In this document: positions 35,565 to 44,746 of the stretch, piece by piece
How the letters are laid out: every line of letters begins with the position of its first letter
How positions within the stretch are numbered: position 1 is the stretch's first letter
Assembly (NCBI GenBank): GCA_036525795.1
Contig: DATCZS010000043.1
Span: 5,402 to 69,401 of the forward strand
Source: Acidimicrobiia bacterium
GTDB lineage: Bacteria; Actinomycetota; Acidimicrobiia; Spongiisociales; ZC4RG35
Direction of reading: 5' to 3'
DNA length: 64,000 nucleotides
Made by a program: the position numbers and the translations under genes
The notes under the pieces: generated by a model
What the model saw: the letters and a program-made list of their open reading frames with translations, nothing else
The model's database searches: none
What the model was told of the DNA's origin: nothing

Positions 35565-36800
35565 ATGATCGAAGGTTCCGAGGCGACGACCCGTCGAAGG
35601 CTCACACGGGTGCTGTTCGCGGGGGTGGCGATGGCCACCACCGGCTACATCGCCGCCATCACCGTGGCGACGCTGGCTGCCCGAACGATTCTCGGCAGCG
35701 CCGATCTCGCCGGCCTCCCGTCGGCGGTGGCCGTGATCGGGACTGCGGGGGGAACCGCCCTGTGGGGTCAGCTGGCACCGACCCGGGGCAGGAGATTCGG
35801 ACTCGTGGCCGGGTTTCTGTCGGCCGCCACCGGCGCCGCCATCTCGACCGTGGCGGTGTTGACCGAGTCGTTCCCCCTTCTGCTGGCGGGGATGGCCGTT
35901 CTCGGCTTCGGGCAGTCCTCATCCCACCTCGCCAGGTACGCAGCCGCCGACCTGGCCCCGGCGGAACGGCGCGGGAGAGCGGTGAGCTTCATCGTCTGGG
36001 CAGGCACGGTCGGAGCGGTGATCGGGCCGCGCCTTCTCGAACCGGCCGGGTCGCTCAGCGAGCGCGCCTTCGGAGCCCCGTACGCGGGCGGATACCTGGC
36101 GACCTCGGTCTTCATGGCTGCATCTGCATTGGTCTACTGGGGGCTGCTCCGACCCGAGCCCAACACCGTGGCCGTGGCCGAGGGGGTCGAGGGCACCCCG
36201 GCCGACTCGAAGATTCGCCCCCGGTCGGTGCTGGCCCATCCCGGAGTCCAGCTGGCCGGCATCGCGCTGGTGATCGGCCAGGCGGTGATGGTGCTGATCA
36301 TGACGGCCACGCCGGTTCACATCGAGAACACCGGGTTCGGACTCGGGGTGGTGGGCAGCATCATCAGCGCCCACACACTCGGCATGTTCGCGTTCTCGCC
36401 GATCACGGGACGCCTCACCGACCTGCTCGGCCCGGTCAGAGTGATCGCCGCCGGAGCCGTCATGCTGCTGGTCGCGGCGCTGATGGCAGCCGGTGCCCCG
36501 GATGGTGCCAACGTGATGCTCGGATGGGGGCTCTTCCTGCTCGGGCTGGGCTGGAACTTCGGGTTCGTCGCCGGGAGCGCCCTGCTCACGTCGAGCGTGG
36601 ACCGGGCTTCGCGCCCGGTCATCCAGGGAAGAGTCGACGCCGCGGTGTGGAGCGCCTCTGCCCTGGCGAGCGCCTCGTCGGGTCTCGTCCTCGCCGGGCC
36701 CGGCTACCGGTCGCTGGGGATCATCGGCGGCGGACTCGTGGCAGTGATGGTGGTGGCGCTGGCCACACGGGGAAGACAGGTCGGCGGCCAGATGGCCTGA
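35565..36800 (+). CDS. MFS transporter
   Basis: ATG 35565 within listed ORF 34464..36800. About 12 TM. 411 aa. Confidence 0.8.
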   Translation: MIEGSEATTRRRLTRVLFAGVAMATTGYIAAITVATLAARTILGSADLAGLPSAVAVIGTAGGTALWGQLAPTRGRRFGLVAGFLSAATGAAISTVAVLTESFPLLLAGMAVLGFGQSSSHLARYAAADLAPAERRGRAVSFIVWAGTVGAVIGPRLLEPAGSLSERAFGAPYAGGYLATSVFMAASALVYWGLLRPEPNTVAVAEGVEGTPADSKIRPRSVLAHPGVQLAGIALVIGQAVMVLIMTATPVHIENTGFGLGVVGSIISAHTLGMFAFSPITGRLTDLLGPVRVIAAGAVMLLVAALMAAGAPDGANVMLGWGLFLLGLGWNFGFVAGSALLTSSVDRASRPVIQGRVDAAVWSASALASASSGLVLAGPGYRSLGIIGGGLVAVMVVALATRGRQVGGQMA

Positions 36801-36813
36801 CCGCCCTCTCCGC

Positions 36814-38190
36814 TCACCGCTGCATGACGGGCGTGACGGCCACCCCATCGGGGACGTGCCGTTCGCACACGAAGACCACGTCCTCCCCCATCCGGTAGTG
36901 GAACTGCTGAGGACTGGCACAGCGCGCTCCCACCTCGTACTCCAGCGAGTCGGGACGTACGAACATGCATCGCCGGCCGGCGGCGGCGGTCCGGGGGCCG
37001 GCTTCGGCGCGATCCCGATTGGCGACCTCACCCTGGCGCGACACGGGATCGTCCGGGTCGTACCAGAACTCGACATTGCGGTCGGCACCGGCGGCGAGCC
37101 ACGCAGCCAGCGACTCCGAGACCCGTTCCTCGGACCATCCCGGCGCCCGGTGAACCACGCCACCCTCCAGGTCGTTCACTGCGACTCGAAGCCGGTCCCA
37201 TACGTCGGCCGAAGGCGGGACACCGAGCACGACACCGATCCCGAGCGCCTCGTAGGCATCCGAAGCCCGGCCTGCGGTGAGCACCAGCCGATCGAACGGC
37301 ACACGGATCACGTACGGGTCGTCGACCGGAACGGCGATGGTCCAGCCGTCACAGTCGATCGTCGCCAACTCGGGCTGGTCGATCTCATCCACCGCCCCCT
37401 CCAGCGGCACCATCTCGGCGAGCCAGGCGAGGGCGCCGTCAGACTCCCGGACATGGATCTGAATCGATCCGGGGAAACAGGGCTCTCCGGACTCGTCCGG
37501 CCAGGCCAGCTCGGTCTGAACCCACCACACCGACTGCCTGGCCCCGACGATGTCGTCGGCATCCGCCAGCATCCCGCCGAGTGCCTCCTCGCCGACGACA
37601 CGTGCCGGGGCCGGCTCGTCGCCGGTGTCGATCGAGGACGCCAGCCGGGCGATCGCCGCCCGCTGGGATTCGTCGATAGCGGACGCGGCCACCAGCACCT
37701 CGGCCCCCAGGAGCGCCTCGATCCACAGGGCCAGGGCAGCCGAGATCCGAGACGGGGTCAGGCCGGACTCCACGTCGAAAGGCTCCTCGGAGAGTCGTCC
37801 GACGACGCCTGGGCGGGGAATCGAACCACCGTCGACGATCACGGTTCGCGATCCGGACCGGTAGACGTCTGCGTCGGGTTCCACCCAGATGAACGCCGGG
37901 TCGTCGGCATCGATCAGGACCAGCCAGCCATCCGGGTGCCGCAGCGCCCGCATGCCCTCTGTGGTGCCGAAGAGCTGGTCGGCCGTCACCGGCGCCACCG
38001 ACCACAGCCACGTGACGGACGCGGCCTCGACTCCGGCGTACACGTCGATCGTCGATGGGAAGGCCTCAGCTCCCGTGACGTCGTCGACCCACCTCGCGGC
38101 ATCGGTGATCCACGCGAGCTCGCGATCAGACCCGATCACCTCGGCGACGTACCGCACCGACTCGGCCTGAGTGATGTTCGAAGTAGCCAT
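36814..38190 (-). CDS. Hypothetical acidic protein, 458 aa, no recognised family
   Basis: Natural D/E/A/V-rich composition, versus an R/G/H/P-rich antisense ORF. Lies 33 nt downstream of the lrp-like gene. C-terminal Cys/His cluster CMFVRPDS...ARC...FVCERH. Confidence 0.5.
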   Translation of the reverse strand: MATSNITQAESVRYVAEVIGSDRELAWITDAARWVDDVTGAEAFPSTIDVYAGVEAASVTWLWSVAPVTADQLFGTTEGMRALRHPDGWLVLIDADDPAFIWVEPDADVYRSGSRTVIVDGGSIPRPGVVGRLSEEPFDVESGLTPSRISAALALWIEALLGAEVLVAASAIDESQRAAIARLASSIDTGDEPAPARVVGEEALGGMLADADDIVGARQSVWWVQTELAWPDESGEPCFPGSIQIHVRESDGALAWLAEMVPLEGAVDEIDQPELATIDCDGWTIAVPVDDPYVIRVPFDRLVLTAGRASDAYEALGIGVVLGVPPSADVWDRLRVAVNDLEGGVVHRAPGWSEERVSESLAAWLAAGADRNVEFWYDPDDPVSRQGEVANRDRAEAGPRTAAAGRRCMFVRPDSLEYEVGARCASPQQFHYRMGEDVVFVCERHVPDGVAVTPVMQR

Positions 38191-38223
38191 CGAACACGAC
38201 GGTAGCCGAGCACCTCCTCCCGG

Positions 38224-38721
38224 TCAGACGGTCAGGTCGGGCAACCCGGGCTTGGCCACGTGCTCGAAGATCAGCGACGTCTCGATGTGGGCCACTTCCT
38301 GCCAGGCGGTGAAGGCGCTCACTGCCAGGTCACGGAGATGCTCGGCGCTTGCGACGACGACATGAACCAGGAAGTCGTTGGCTCCGGTCACGTGCGACAC
38401 CCCGACCACCTCGCGCAACGCCAGCGCCCTCTCTTTGAAGGTCTCGACTTCGTCTGCGCCATGACGCCTCAGACGGAGGGCGATCATCGCCTGCAGGCCG
38501 ATTCCCAGCGCCGCCGGGTCGACATCGGCGTGGAAGCCGCGGAACACGCCGAGGTCCTCGAGGCGGCGCAGCCTCTCCGAGCAGGTGGACGGCGCGATTC
38601 CCACCTGAGCGGCCAATGCCTTGTTGGATCGCCGCGCATCGTGCGTCAACGCAGCGATCAAGGCCCGATCTATTCGATCAAGTTCGACCGAATGGGCATG
38701 ATTCCGAATCCTGTTCGTCAT
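38224..38721 (-). CDS. Lrp/AsnC-family transcriptional regulator
   Basis: LDRIDRALIAALTHDARRSNKALAAQVGIAPSTCSERLRRLEDLGV HTH plus a RAM/AsnC_trans_reg domain. Confidence 0.9.
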   Translation of the reverse strand: MTNRIRNHAHSVELDRIDRALIAALTHDARRSNKALAAQVGIAPSTCSERLRRLEDLGVFRGFHADVDPAALGIGLQAMIALRLRRHGADEVETFKERALALREVVGVSHVTGANDFLVHVVVASAEHLRDLAVSAFTAWQEVAHIETSLIFEHVAKPGLPDLTV

Positions 38722-38724
38722 GTA

Positions 38725-38752
38725 TTGACAATACCCGACGGAATCGTAGGTT
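38725..38752 (+). promoter_or_regulatory. Sigma-70-type promoter for the lyase operon (-35 TTGACA, 16-nt spacer, -10 TAGGTT)
   Basis: AT-rich island in GC-rich DNA. TTGACA at 38725-38730 and TAGGTT at 38747-38752, about 45 nt before ATG 38797. Overlaps inverted repeat GTATTGaCAATAC (38722-38734). Confidence 0.45.
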
Positions 38753-38796
38753 CAGAGCCAGATGATCCACCACACGTTCGATGTTCGGAGGCAGGC

Positions 38797-40071
38797 ATGA
38801 GGAACCGACGCGCCGAGGTGATCGCCGGACATCACCTCGAACCGGAGTCCCTTTCCATGGGGTACGGGTACCGGCCCGAGTGGTCGGAGGGCTCGCTCAA
38901 ATCACCCATCTTCCAGACGTCGACGTTCGTGTTCCAGACCGCCGAAGAGGGGAAGCGCTTCTTCCAGCTCGCCTGCGGACTGGTCGAACCGGACGAAGGC
39001 GAGTCGCCCGGAATGATCTACTCCCGGCTCAACAACCCCGACCTGGAGATCCTCGAAGATCGGCTGTGTCTGTGGGAGGACGCCGAGATGGGGCTGGTCT
39101 TCGCCTCGGGGATGGCGGCGATCGCCACCACCCTCCTCACCTACCTCCGGCCGGGAGATGTGCTGGCCCACTCCCAACCGCTCTACGGCGGAACCGACCA
39201 TCTCGTGAACGAGACGCTTCCCGAACTCGGTGTGATCTCGGTGCCGTTCTCCGCACAGATGTCGCGCACGGACATCGAGCAGGCGCTCGACGAGGCGGCG
39301 CCGAACGGTCGGCTCCGCATGATCCTCATCGAGACTCCGGCCAACCCGACCAACGACCTGATCGACATCCGGATGTGTTCGGACATCGCCCGGTCGCGTT
39401 CGACGGAGGAGCGACCGGCGCTGCTGGCCGTCGACAACACCTTCCTCGGACCGCTGTGGCAGCACCCGCTGCGGCACGGCGCCGACATCGTGCTGTATTC
39501 GGCCACCAAGTACCTCGGCGGTCACTCCGATCTGATCGCAGGAGCCGCCGTCGGTTCGGCGGATCACCTCCGCCCCATCGCCGCGACCCGCACATACCTC
39601 GGCACGATGGCCGACCCGTGGACCGGGTGGCTGCTCATGCGCAGCCTCGAGACGCTGCAGATGCGGATGACCAGACAGACCGAGACCGCCGGCAAGGTGG
39701 CGCGGTTCCTCGCCGAGCATCCCAAGGTCTCGAACGTGCGCTACCTCGACCTCCTCGACGACGCGGATGCCCAATACGACCTCTACCGACGCCAGTGTCT
39801 GGGGCCGGGGGCGATGATCTCCTTCGACTTCGACGAGGGGGAGAGCGCCGCCTTCCGGTTCCTGAACGCGCTCACGCTTGTGAAGCTGGCCGTGAGCCTG
39901 GGCAGCACCGAGTCGCTCGCCGAGCACCCCTCCTCGATGACCCACGCCGGTGTTCCCGCCGAAGAGAAGCTCTGGTACGGAATCGGCGAAGGCCTGGTCC
40001 GGCTGTCGGTCGGCGTCGAGCATCCCGACGATCTCATCGCCGACCTCCGCCAGGCCCTCGACAGCGTCTGA
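38797..40071 (+). CDS. Cys/Met-metabolism PLP enzyme (methionine gamma-lyase / cystathionine gamma-synthase family)
   Basis: SPIFQTSTFVF, YSRLNNPDLEILE, PLP-Lys motif YSATKYLGGHSDLIAG. 424 aa. Confidence 0.85.
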   Translation: MRNRRAEVIAGHHLEPESLSMGYGYRPEWSEGSLKSPIFQTSTFVFQTAEEGKRFFQLACGLVEPDEGESPGMIYSRLNNPDLEILEDRLCLWEDAEMGLVFASGMAAIATTLLTYLRPGDVLAHSQPLYGGTDHLVNETLPELGVISVPFSAQMSRTDIEQALDEAAPNGRLRMILIETPANPTNDLIDIRMCSDIARSRSTEERPALLAVDNTFLGPLWQHPLRHGADIVLYSATKYLGGHSDLIAGAAVGSADHLRPIAATRTYLGTMADPWTGWLLMRSLETLQMRMTRQTETAGKVARFLAEHPKVSNVRYLDLLDDADAQYDLYRRQCLGPGAMISFDFDEGESAAFRFLNALTLVKLAVSLGSTESLAEHPSSMTHAGVPAEEKLWYGIGEGLVRLSVGVEHPDDLIADLRQALDSV

Positions 40072-40113
40072 CCACGATCGAACGCGACCGAACACGATGA
40101 CAAGGAGACGAAG

Positions 40114-41514
40114 GTGACCGCAAGAAGACGAAGTTGGGCCGAGCCCTGGAAGATCAAGATGATCGAACCGATCAAGGTGACCACCCGGGAGGAGAGGCAG
40201 GAGGCCATCACCGAAGCCGGGTTCAACAGCTTCTTGCTCAAGTCAGAAGACGTCTACATCGACCTGCTCACCGACTCTGGCACGTCGGCGATGTCCGACC
40301 ACCAGTGGGCCGGGTTGATGCTCGGCGACGAGGCATACGCCGGATCCAGGAGCTTCTACCACCTGGTCGATGCCGTTCGCGACGTGTACGGCTACCCCGA
40401 ACTCATCCCCACCCACCAGGGACGGGGAGCCGAACACATCCTCAGCCAGATCCTCATTTCCGAAGATGACGTCGTACCCGGCAACATGTACTTCACCACC
40501 ACGAAGTTCCACCAGGAGTACGCCGGCGGCACGTTCATCGACATCATCGTCGACGAGGCCCACGACCCCTACTCGGACCATCCCTTCAAAGGAAACGTCG
40601 ATCTCGACAAGCTGCAGGCGGTGATCGACAGCTACGGACCGGCCCGGATCCCGTACATCTCGGTCGAGACGAACGTGAACATGGCGGGCGGACAGCCCAT
40701 GTCGCTCGCCAACCTCCGCGCGGTCTCCGAGCTGTGCCACCGCCACGGGATCCTGGTGATGCTCGACGCCACCCGGGCCCTCGAGAACGCCTGGTTCATC
40801 AAACAACGTGAGGCGGGGTACGAGCACCTCAGCGTGCGCGAGATCCTCGCCGAGATCTGCTCGCACACCGACGGTGCCACCGTCTCGTCCAAGAAAGACA
40901 ACCTGGTCAACATCGGCGGGTTCCTCGCCCTGCGCGATCCCGAGCTGGCCCGCAAGGCCCGCGCCTTGCTCGTCGCATTCGAGGGCCTCCACACCTATGG
41001 CGGCATGTCGGGCCGCGACATGGAGGCTCTCGCCCGCGGCATTCGCGAGATGGTCGACACCGACGACCACGTCGCCGCTCGCGTCGGACAGGTCGAGTAC
41101 CTGGGACACGGCCTGCTCAAGGCCGGGATACCCGTGGTCAGGCCCATCGGCGGCCACGGGGTGTTTCTCGATGCCAGGGCGATCCTCGAACACATTCCGC
41201 AGTCTGAGTTCCCCGCACAGGCGCTCACAGCCGCGATCTACCTGGACTCGGGCGTGAGGGGAATGGAGCGCGGTGTGGTGTCGGCAGGCCGCGATCCCCA
41301 CACGGGGGATCACCACTACCCCAAACTCGAGTTGGTGCGCCTCACGATCCCGCGCAGGGTGTACACCCAGGCTCACATGGATGTTGTGATCGAGTCGGTC
41401 GTCGAGGTGTACGAGCACCGCGAGAAGATCGGCGGCCTGCGGTTCACATACGAGCCCGAGGAGCTCCGCTTCTTCCAGGCCCGCTTCGAGCCGATCGCGG
41501 CCTGGGAGTTCTGA
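40114..41514 (+). CDS. Beta-eliminating lyase, tyrosine phenol-lyase-like (TPL/tryptophanase family)
   Basis: [92 protein letters not shown]. Closer to remembered TPL than to E. coli TnaA. Confidence 0.88.
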   Translation: [466 protein letters not shown]

Positions 41515-41515
41515 G

Positions 41516-41549
41516 GAGATGGGGCGGCCCGATCGGGCCGCCCCATCTC
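41516..41549. terminator. Bidirectional GC-rich hairpin
   Basis: GAGATGGGGCGGCCC-gatc-GGGCCGCCCCATCTC, a perfect 15-bp stem directly after the lyase stop. It touches the stop of the convergent ORF. Confidence 0.55.
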
Positions 41550-41892
41550 ACTCGGGGGGTTGGTCCACCGACCGATAGAGCCGGAACCCCTCTTCGGCGT
41601 GGCGCCGCTCGTCGACGAACGAGAGGAACTCGCGGGCCAGCTCCGTGAAGGCTCCTCCTGAATCGGCGGCAGCCTGGCGCAGGTCCGGCGGTCGATCGGT
41701 GTGATACCTCCACACCTGGTGGTACTCGGCACGCTCACCCGGAGCTCGCCAGATCGGAAGGTACGTCCCGAGATACTCGTAGCTCGGCGGAGCCAGCGCC
41801 GTGAACGACGGCTCGTGCTGGTGGAGCCATTGGCGGAACTCGTCCGCCCGCTCCTCCTTGACGAAGAACCCCCAATCCGACAGCAGGGCCAT
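41548..41892 (-). CDS. Hypothetical small protein
   Basis: MALLSDWGFFVKEERADEFRQWLHQHEP.... Start uncertain (41892, 41919 or 42009). No family recognised. Confidence 0.35.
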   Translation of the reverse strand: MALLSDWGFFVKEERADEFRQWLHQHEPSFTALAPPSYEYLGTYLPIWRAPGERAEYHQVWRYHTDRPPDLRQAAADSGGAFTELAREFLSFVDERRHAEEGFRLYRSVDQPPE

Positions 41893-42002
41893 GCAACCTC
41901 CGATCGACAGATCCACCATACGGTCGAGGAGGCGTCCGCGTCGGAAAGAACCCGGATCCAGCCGCCCCGGCGGGCACTGGACCATCGCCCGGGTCGGCCG
42001 AG

Positions 42003-42857
42003 TTGGCATCGGAGCGATGGTCGGGTGATCCTTGCGTGGTGGAAATCGACTCGGTCACGGAGATCATCCGAGACGTCGGGCACGTCGAAGTGCTCGGTCG
42101 ATTTGGCGCGCTCGACAGTGGAGACATCTCCGAGAAGCACGCCGGCGACCTGGTCACGGTTGCCGATGTCGCCGCCGAACGCGAGTTGACCAGGCGCCTC
42201 ACGCCGCTCGTGCCCGGCTCGACGGTGGTGGGGGAGGAAGGCGTCCACGCCGACGCCGCGGCGCTGGGGGCGCTCACCGGATCCGGGCCCGTGTGGGTGA
42301 TCGACCCGATCGACGGCACGGTCAACTACACCAGGGGAATCCCGATGTTCGCGGTGATGGTGGCGCTGGTCGTCGGAGGCCGCACCGTGGCGGCGTGGAT
42401 CCACGACCCGTATCACCGTCGGACCGCCGTCGCCGAGGCGGGAAGCGGCGCCCGGCTCGACGGCCGTCCCATGCAGGTGCGATCGGGCCCGCGCCGGCCG
42501 TCGGAACTGACCGGGGCCATCTATGCCGGGAAGTTCGCCACTCCCGAGCTCTCCGCCCACGTCCACGCCCGCAAGGCGGCGCTTCATCCGATCAGGACCA
42601 TCGCCTGTGCCGGCTTCGAGTATCTCCGGCTGGCCGGTGGCGGAACCGACTTCGCCCTGTTCACCCGCACCATGCCGTGGGATCACCTCCCCGGCATCCT
42701 GATCCACGCCGAGGCGGGAGGGTGGACCCGGCGAATCGACCACAGCGCGTATCTCCCGGCCCGGCCGGGCGGTCCGGCACTGCTCATCGCCTCGGATGAG
42801 CCCACCTGGAGCCAGGTTCACCAGGCGCTCATCGGCGACTGGTCCGAACCGGGCTGA
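42003..42857 (+). CDS. Inositol monophosphatase-family phosphatase
   Basis: DLVTVADVAAERELT, WVIDPIDGTVNY, WDHLPG. Start may be GTG 42036. Confidence 0.8.
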   Translation: MASERWSGDPCVVEIDSVTEIIRDVGHVEVLGRFGALDSGDISEKHAGDLVTVADVAAERELTRRLTPLVPGSTVVGEEGVHADAAALGALTGSGPVWVIDPIDGTVNYTRGIPMFAVMVALVVGGRTVAAWIHDPYHRRTAVAEAGSGARLDGRPMQVRSGPRRPSELTGAIYAGKFATPELSAHVHARKAALHPIRTIACAGFEYLRLAGGGTDFALFTRTMPWDHLPGILIHAEAGGWTRRIDHSAYLPARPGGPALLIASDEPTWSQVHQALIGDWSEPG

Positions 42858-43580
42858 TCAGGCGGCGTCGATGACCAGCGCGTCGAGGGCGATCTCCACC
42901 ATCGTGTTGAAGGTCGACTGGCGCTCCTCCGAGGAGGTGGCCTCCCCGGTCCGAATGTGGTCAGACACCGTGGCGATGGTGAGCGCCCGGGCACCCTCCT
43001 CTGCCGCCACTCCGTAGATCCCGGCGGCCTCCATCTCCACCGCCAGCACCCCCATCCGCTCCATCACGTCGAAGGCGTCGCCGGTCGGGTTGTAGAACAG
43101 GTCGGCCGAATGAATCAGACCGACCTTGACCGGTGCCCCGCGGCGTGCCGCCGCGTCGACCGACGCCCTGACCAGCCCGAAGTCGGCCACCGCGGCGAAA
43201 TCCCACCCGGCGTAACGGGTGCGGTTGACGTTCGAATCGGTGCAGGCGCCGGTGGCGATCACCACGTCGCGGAGCTTCACCTCCGGGGAGATTCCCCCAC
43301 ACGACCCCACGCGGATCAGCTTGCGCACGCCGTAGAAGCGGACGAGCTCGGTGGCGTAGATGGAGGCCGACGGGATCCCCATCCCCGTGCCCATCACCGA
43401 CACCGGAACCCCTTGGTAGGTGCCGGTGTAGCCGAGCATGTTGCGGACCGCGGTCACCTCCTCGGCGCCCTCCAGGAAGGTCTCGGCGATGTACTTGGCC
43501 CGGAGCGGATCGCCGGGGAGCAGGATCCCCTCTGCGAAGGCATCCCCGGATGCGGCGATGTGGGGGGTGGGAACGGACAT
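42858..43580 (-). CDS. deoD: Purine nucleoside phosphorylase, DeoD type
   Basis: [44 protein letters not shown]. The upstream 44 codons of listed ORF 42858..43712 read through the heptamer array and are rejected. Confidence 0.9.
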   Translation of the reverse strand: MSVPTPHIAASGDAFAEGILLPGDPLRAKYIAETFLEGAEEVTAVRNMLGYTGTYQGVPVSVMGTGMGIPSASIYATELVRFYGVRKLIRVGSCGGISPEVKLRDVVIATGACTDSNVNRTRYAGWDFAAVADFGLVRASVDAAARRGAPVKVGLIHSADLFYNPTGDAFDVMERMGVLAVEMEAAGIYGVAAEEGARALTIATVSDHIRTGEATSSEERQSTFNTMVEIALDALVIDAA

Positions 43581-43644
43581 GAGACTCCTCTGGCGATCGC
43601 TGGAGGGAACGGTACTAGCCGGGTTGCGATCGGCCATCGGCGAC

Positions 43645-43700
43645 GTGAGGCGTGAGACGTGAGGCGTGAGACGTGCGACGTGCGACGCGAGACGTGCCAC
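43645..43700. repeat. Tandem heptanucleotide array, same family as 20283 (8 units, more diverged)
   Basis: GTGAGGC GTGAGAC GTGAGGC GTGAGAC GTGCGAC GTGCGAC GCGAGAC GTGCCAC, in the same orientation as locus 1. Lies in the divergent deoD / HAD promoter region. Confidence 0.9.
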
Positions 43701-43774
43701 CCAACCCCTCAACTCCCCTTTCCAACCGGCCGATCAATCGATACGCTCGCGTTTCGCGATTCAGAGAGCGGTCG

Positions 43775-44740
43775 ATGCCGATCTTCCCCCAAAACGTGAT
43801 CGCCGTGATCTGGGACTTCGACAAGACCCTGATCCCCGGCTACATGCAGAAACCCCTGTTCGACCACTTCGGGGTCGACGCCGCCTCGTTCTGGGCAGAG
43901 TCAGACGGGCTGACCGACTACTACCGGTCACGCGGTGCCGGGATGACCAACGGTGACATCCTGTATCTCAACCACCTCCTCACCTACGTCCGCGAGGGAA
44001 GGATGGCGGGCCTCGACAACGACCTCCTCCGCCAGCTCGGTGCCGGCATCGACTTCTACGACGGCATGCCCGAGTTCATGGGTTCGCTCCGCAAGCAGAT
44101 CGAATCCGATCCGGTCTATGCAGAACACCACATCTCGGTCGAGCACTACATCGTCTCGTCCGGGCTCCGCCAGATGATTCTCGGCAGCGCGGTGGCTCCC
44201 TTCGTCGAAGAGGTGTGGGCATGCGAGTTCGCAGAGGAGATCGCCCCGCCCGGCTACCTCGATTCGGGGAAGATGTTCTCAGGCCAGACCCGCGAGATTC
44301 GAGAGGTCGTCTACACGATCGACAACACCACCAAGACCCGGGCCGTGTTCGAGATCAACAAGGGCGTCAACCGGCACGCCGACATCGACGTGAACTCGAA
44401 GATCGACCACGCAGACCGGCGGATCCCCTTCCTGAACATGATCTACATCGCCGACGGCCCGAGCGACGTTCCGGTGTTCTCGGTGGTCGACCACAACGGC
44501 GGCCGGACGTTTGCGGTGTACCGGCCGGGGTCGACCAGGGAGTTCGAGCAGGTGAACCGGCTGCTCGAACAGGATCGAATCCACGCGTACGGCCCGGCCG
44601 ATTACACCGAGGGAAGCCAGACGGCCATGTGGATCACCCACTCCACCCGGCGGATCGCCGACCGGATCGTGCGGCACCGCTCCCAGGCACTGTCCGAGCG
44701 TCTCGGTGCCCCTCCCGGTCACCTGCCAGACGAGGGCTGA
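43775..44740 (+). CDS. HAD-superfamily hydrolase-like protein
   Basis: Motif I VIWDFDKTLI, motif II IVSSG, Lys TKTRAV, motif IV YIADGPSDVP. 321 aa. Confidence 0.65.
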   Translation: MPIFPQNVIAVIWDFDKTLIPGYMQKPLFDHFGVDAASFWAESDGLTDYYRSRGAGMTNGDILYLNHLLTYVREGRMAGLDNDLLRQLGAGIDFYDGMPEFMGSLRKQIESDPVYAEHHISVEHYIVSSGLRQMILGSAVAPFVEEVWACEFAEEIAPPGYLDSGKMFSGQTREIREVVYTIDNTTKTRAVFEINKGVNRHADIDVNSKIDHADRRIPFLNMIYIADGPSDVPVFSVVDHNGGRTFAVYRPGSTREFEQVNRLLEQDRIHAYGPADYTEGSQTAMWITHSTRRIADRIVRHRSQALSERLGAPPGHLPDEG

Positions 44741-44746
44741 ACGGAT

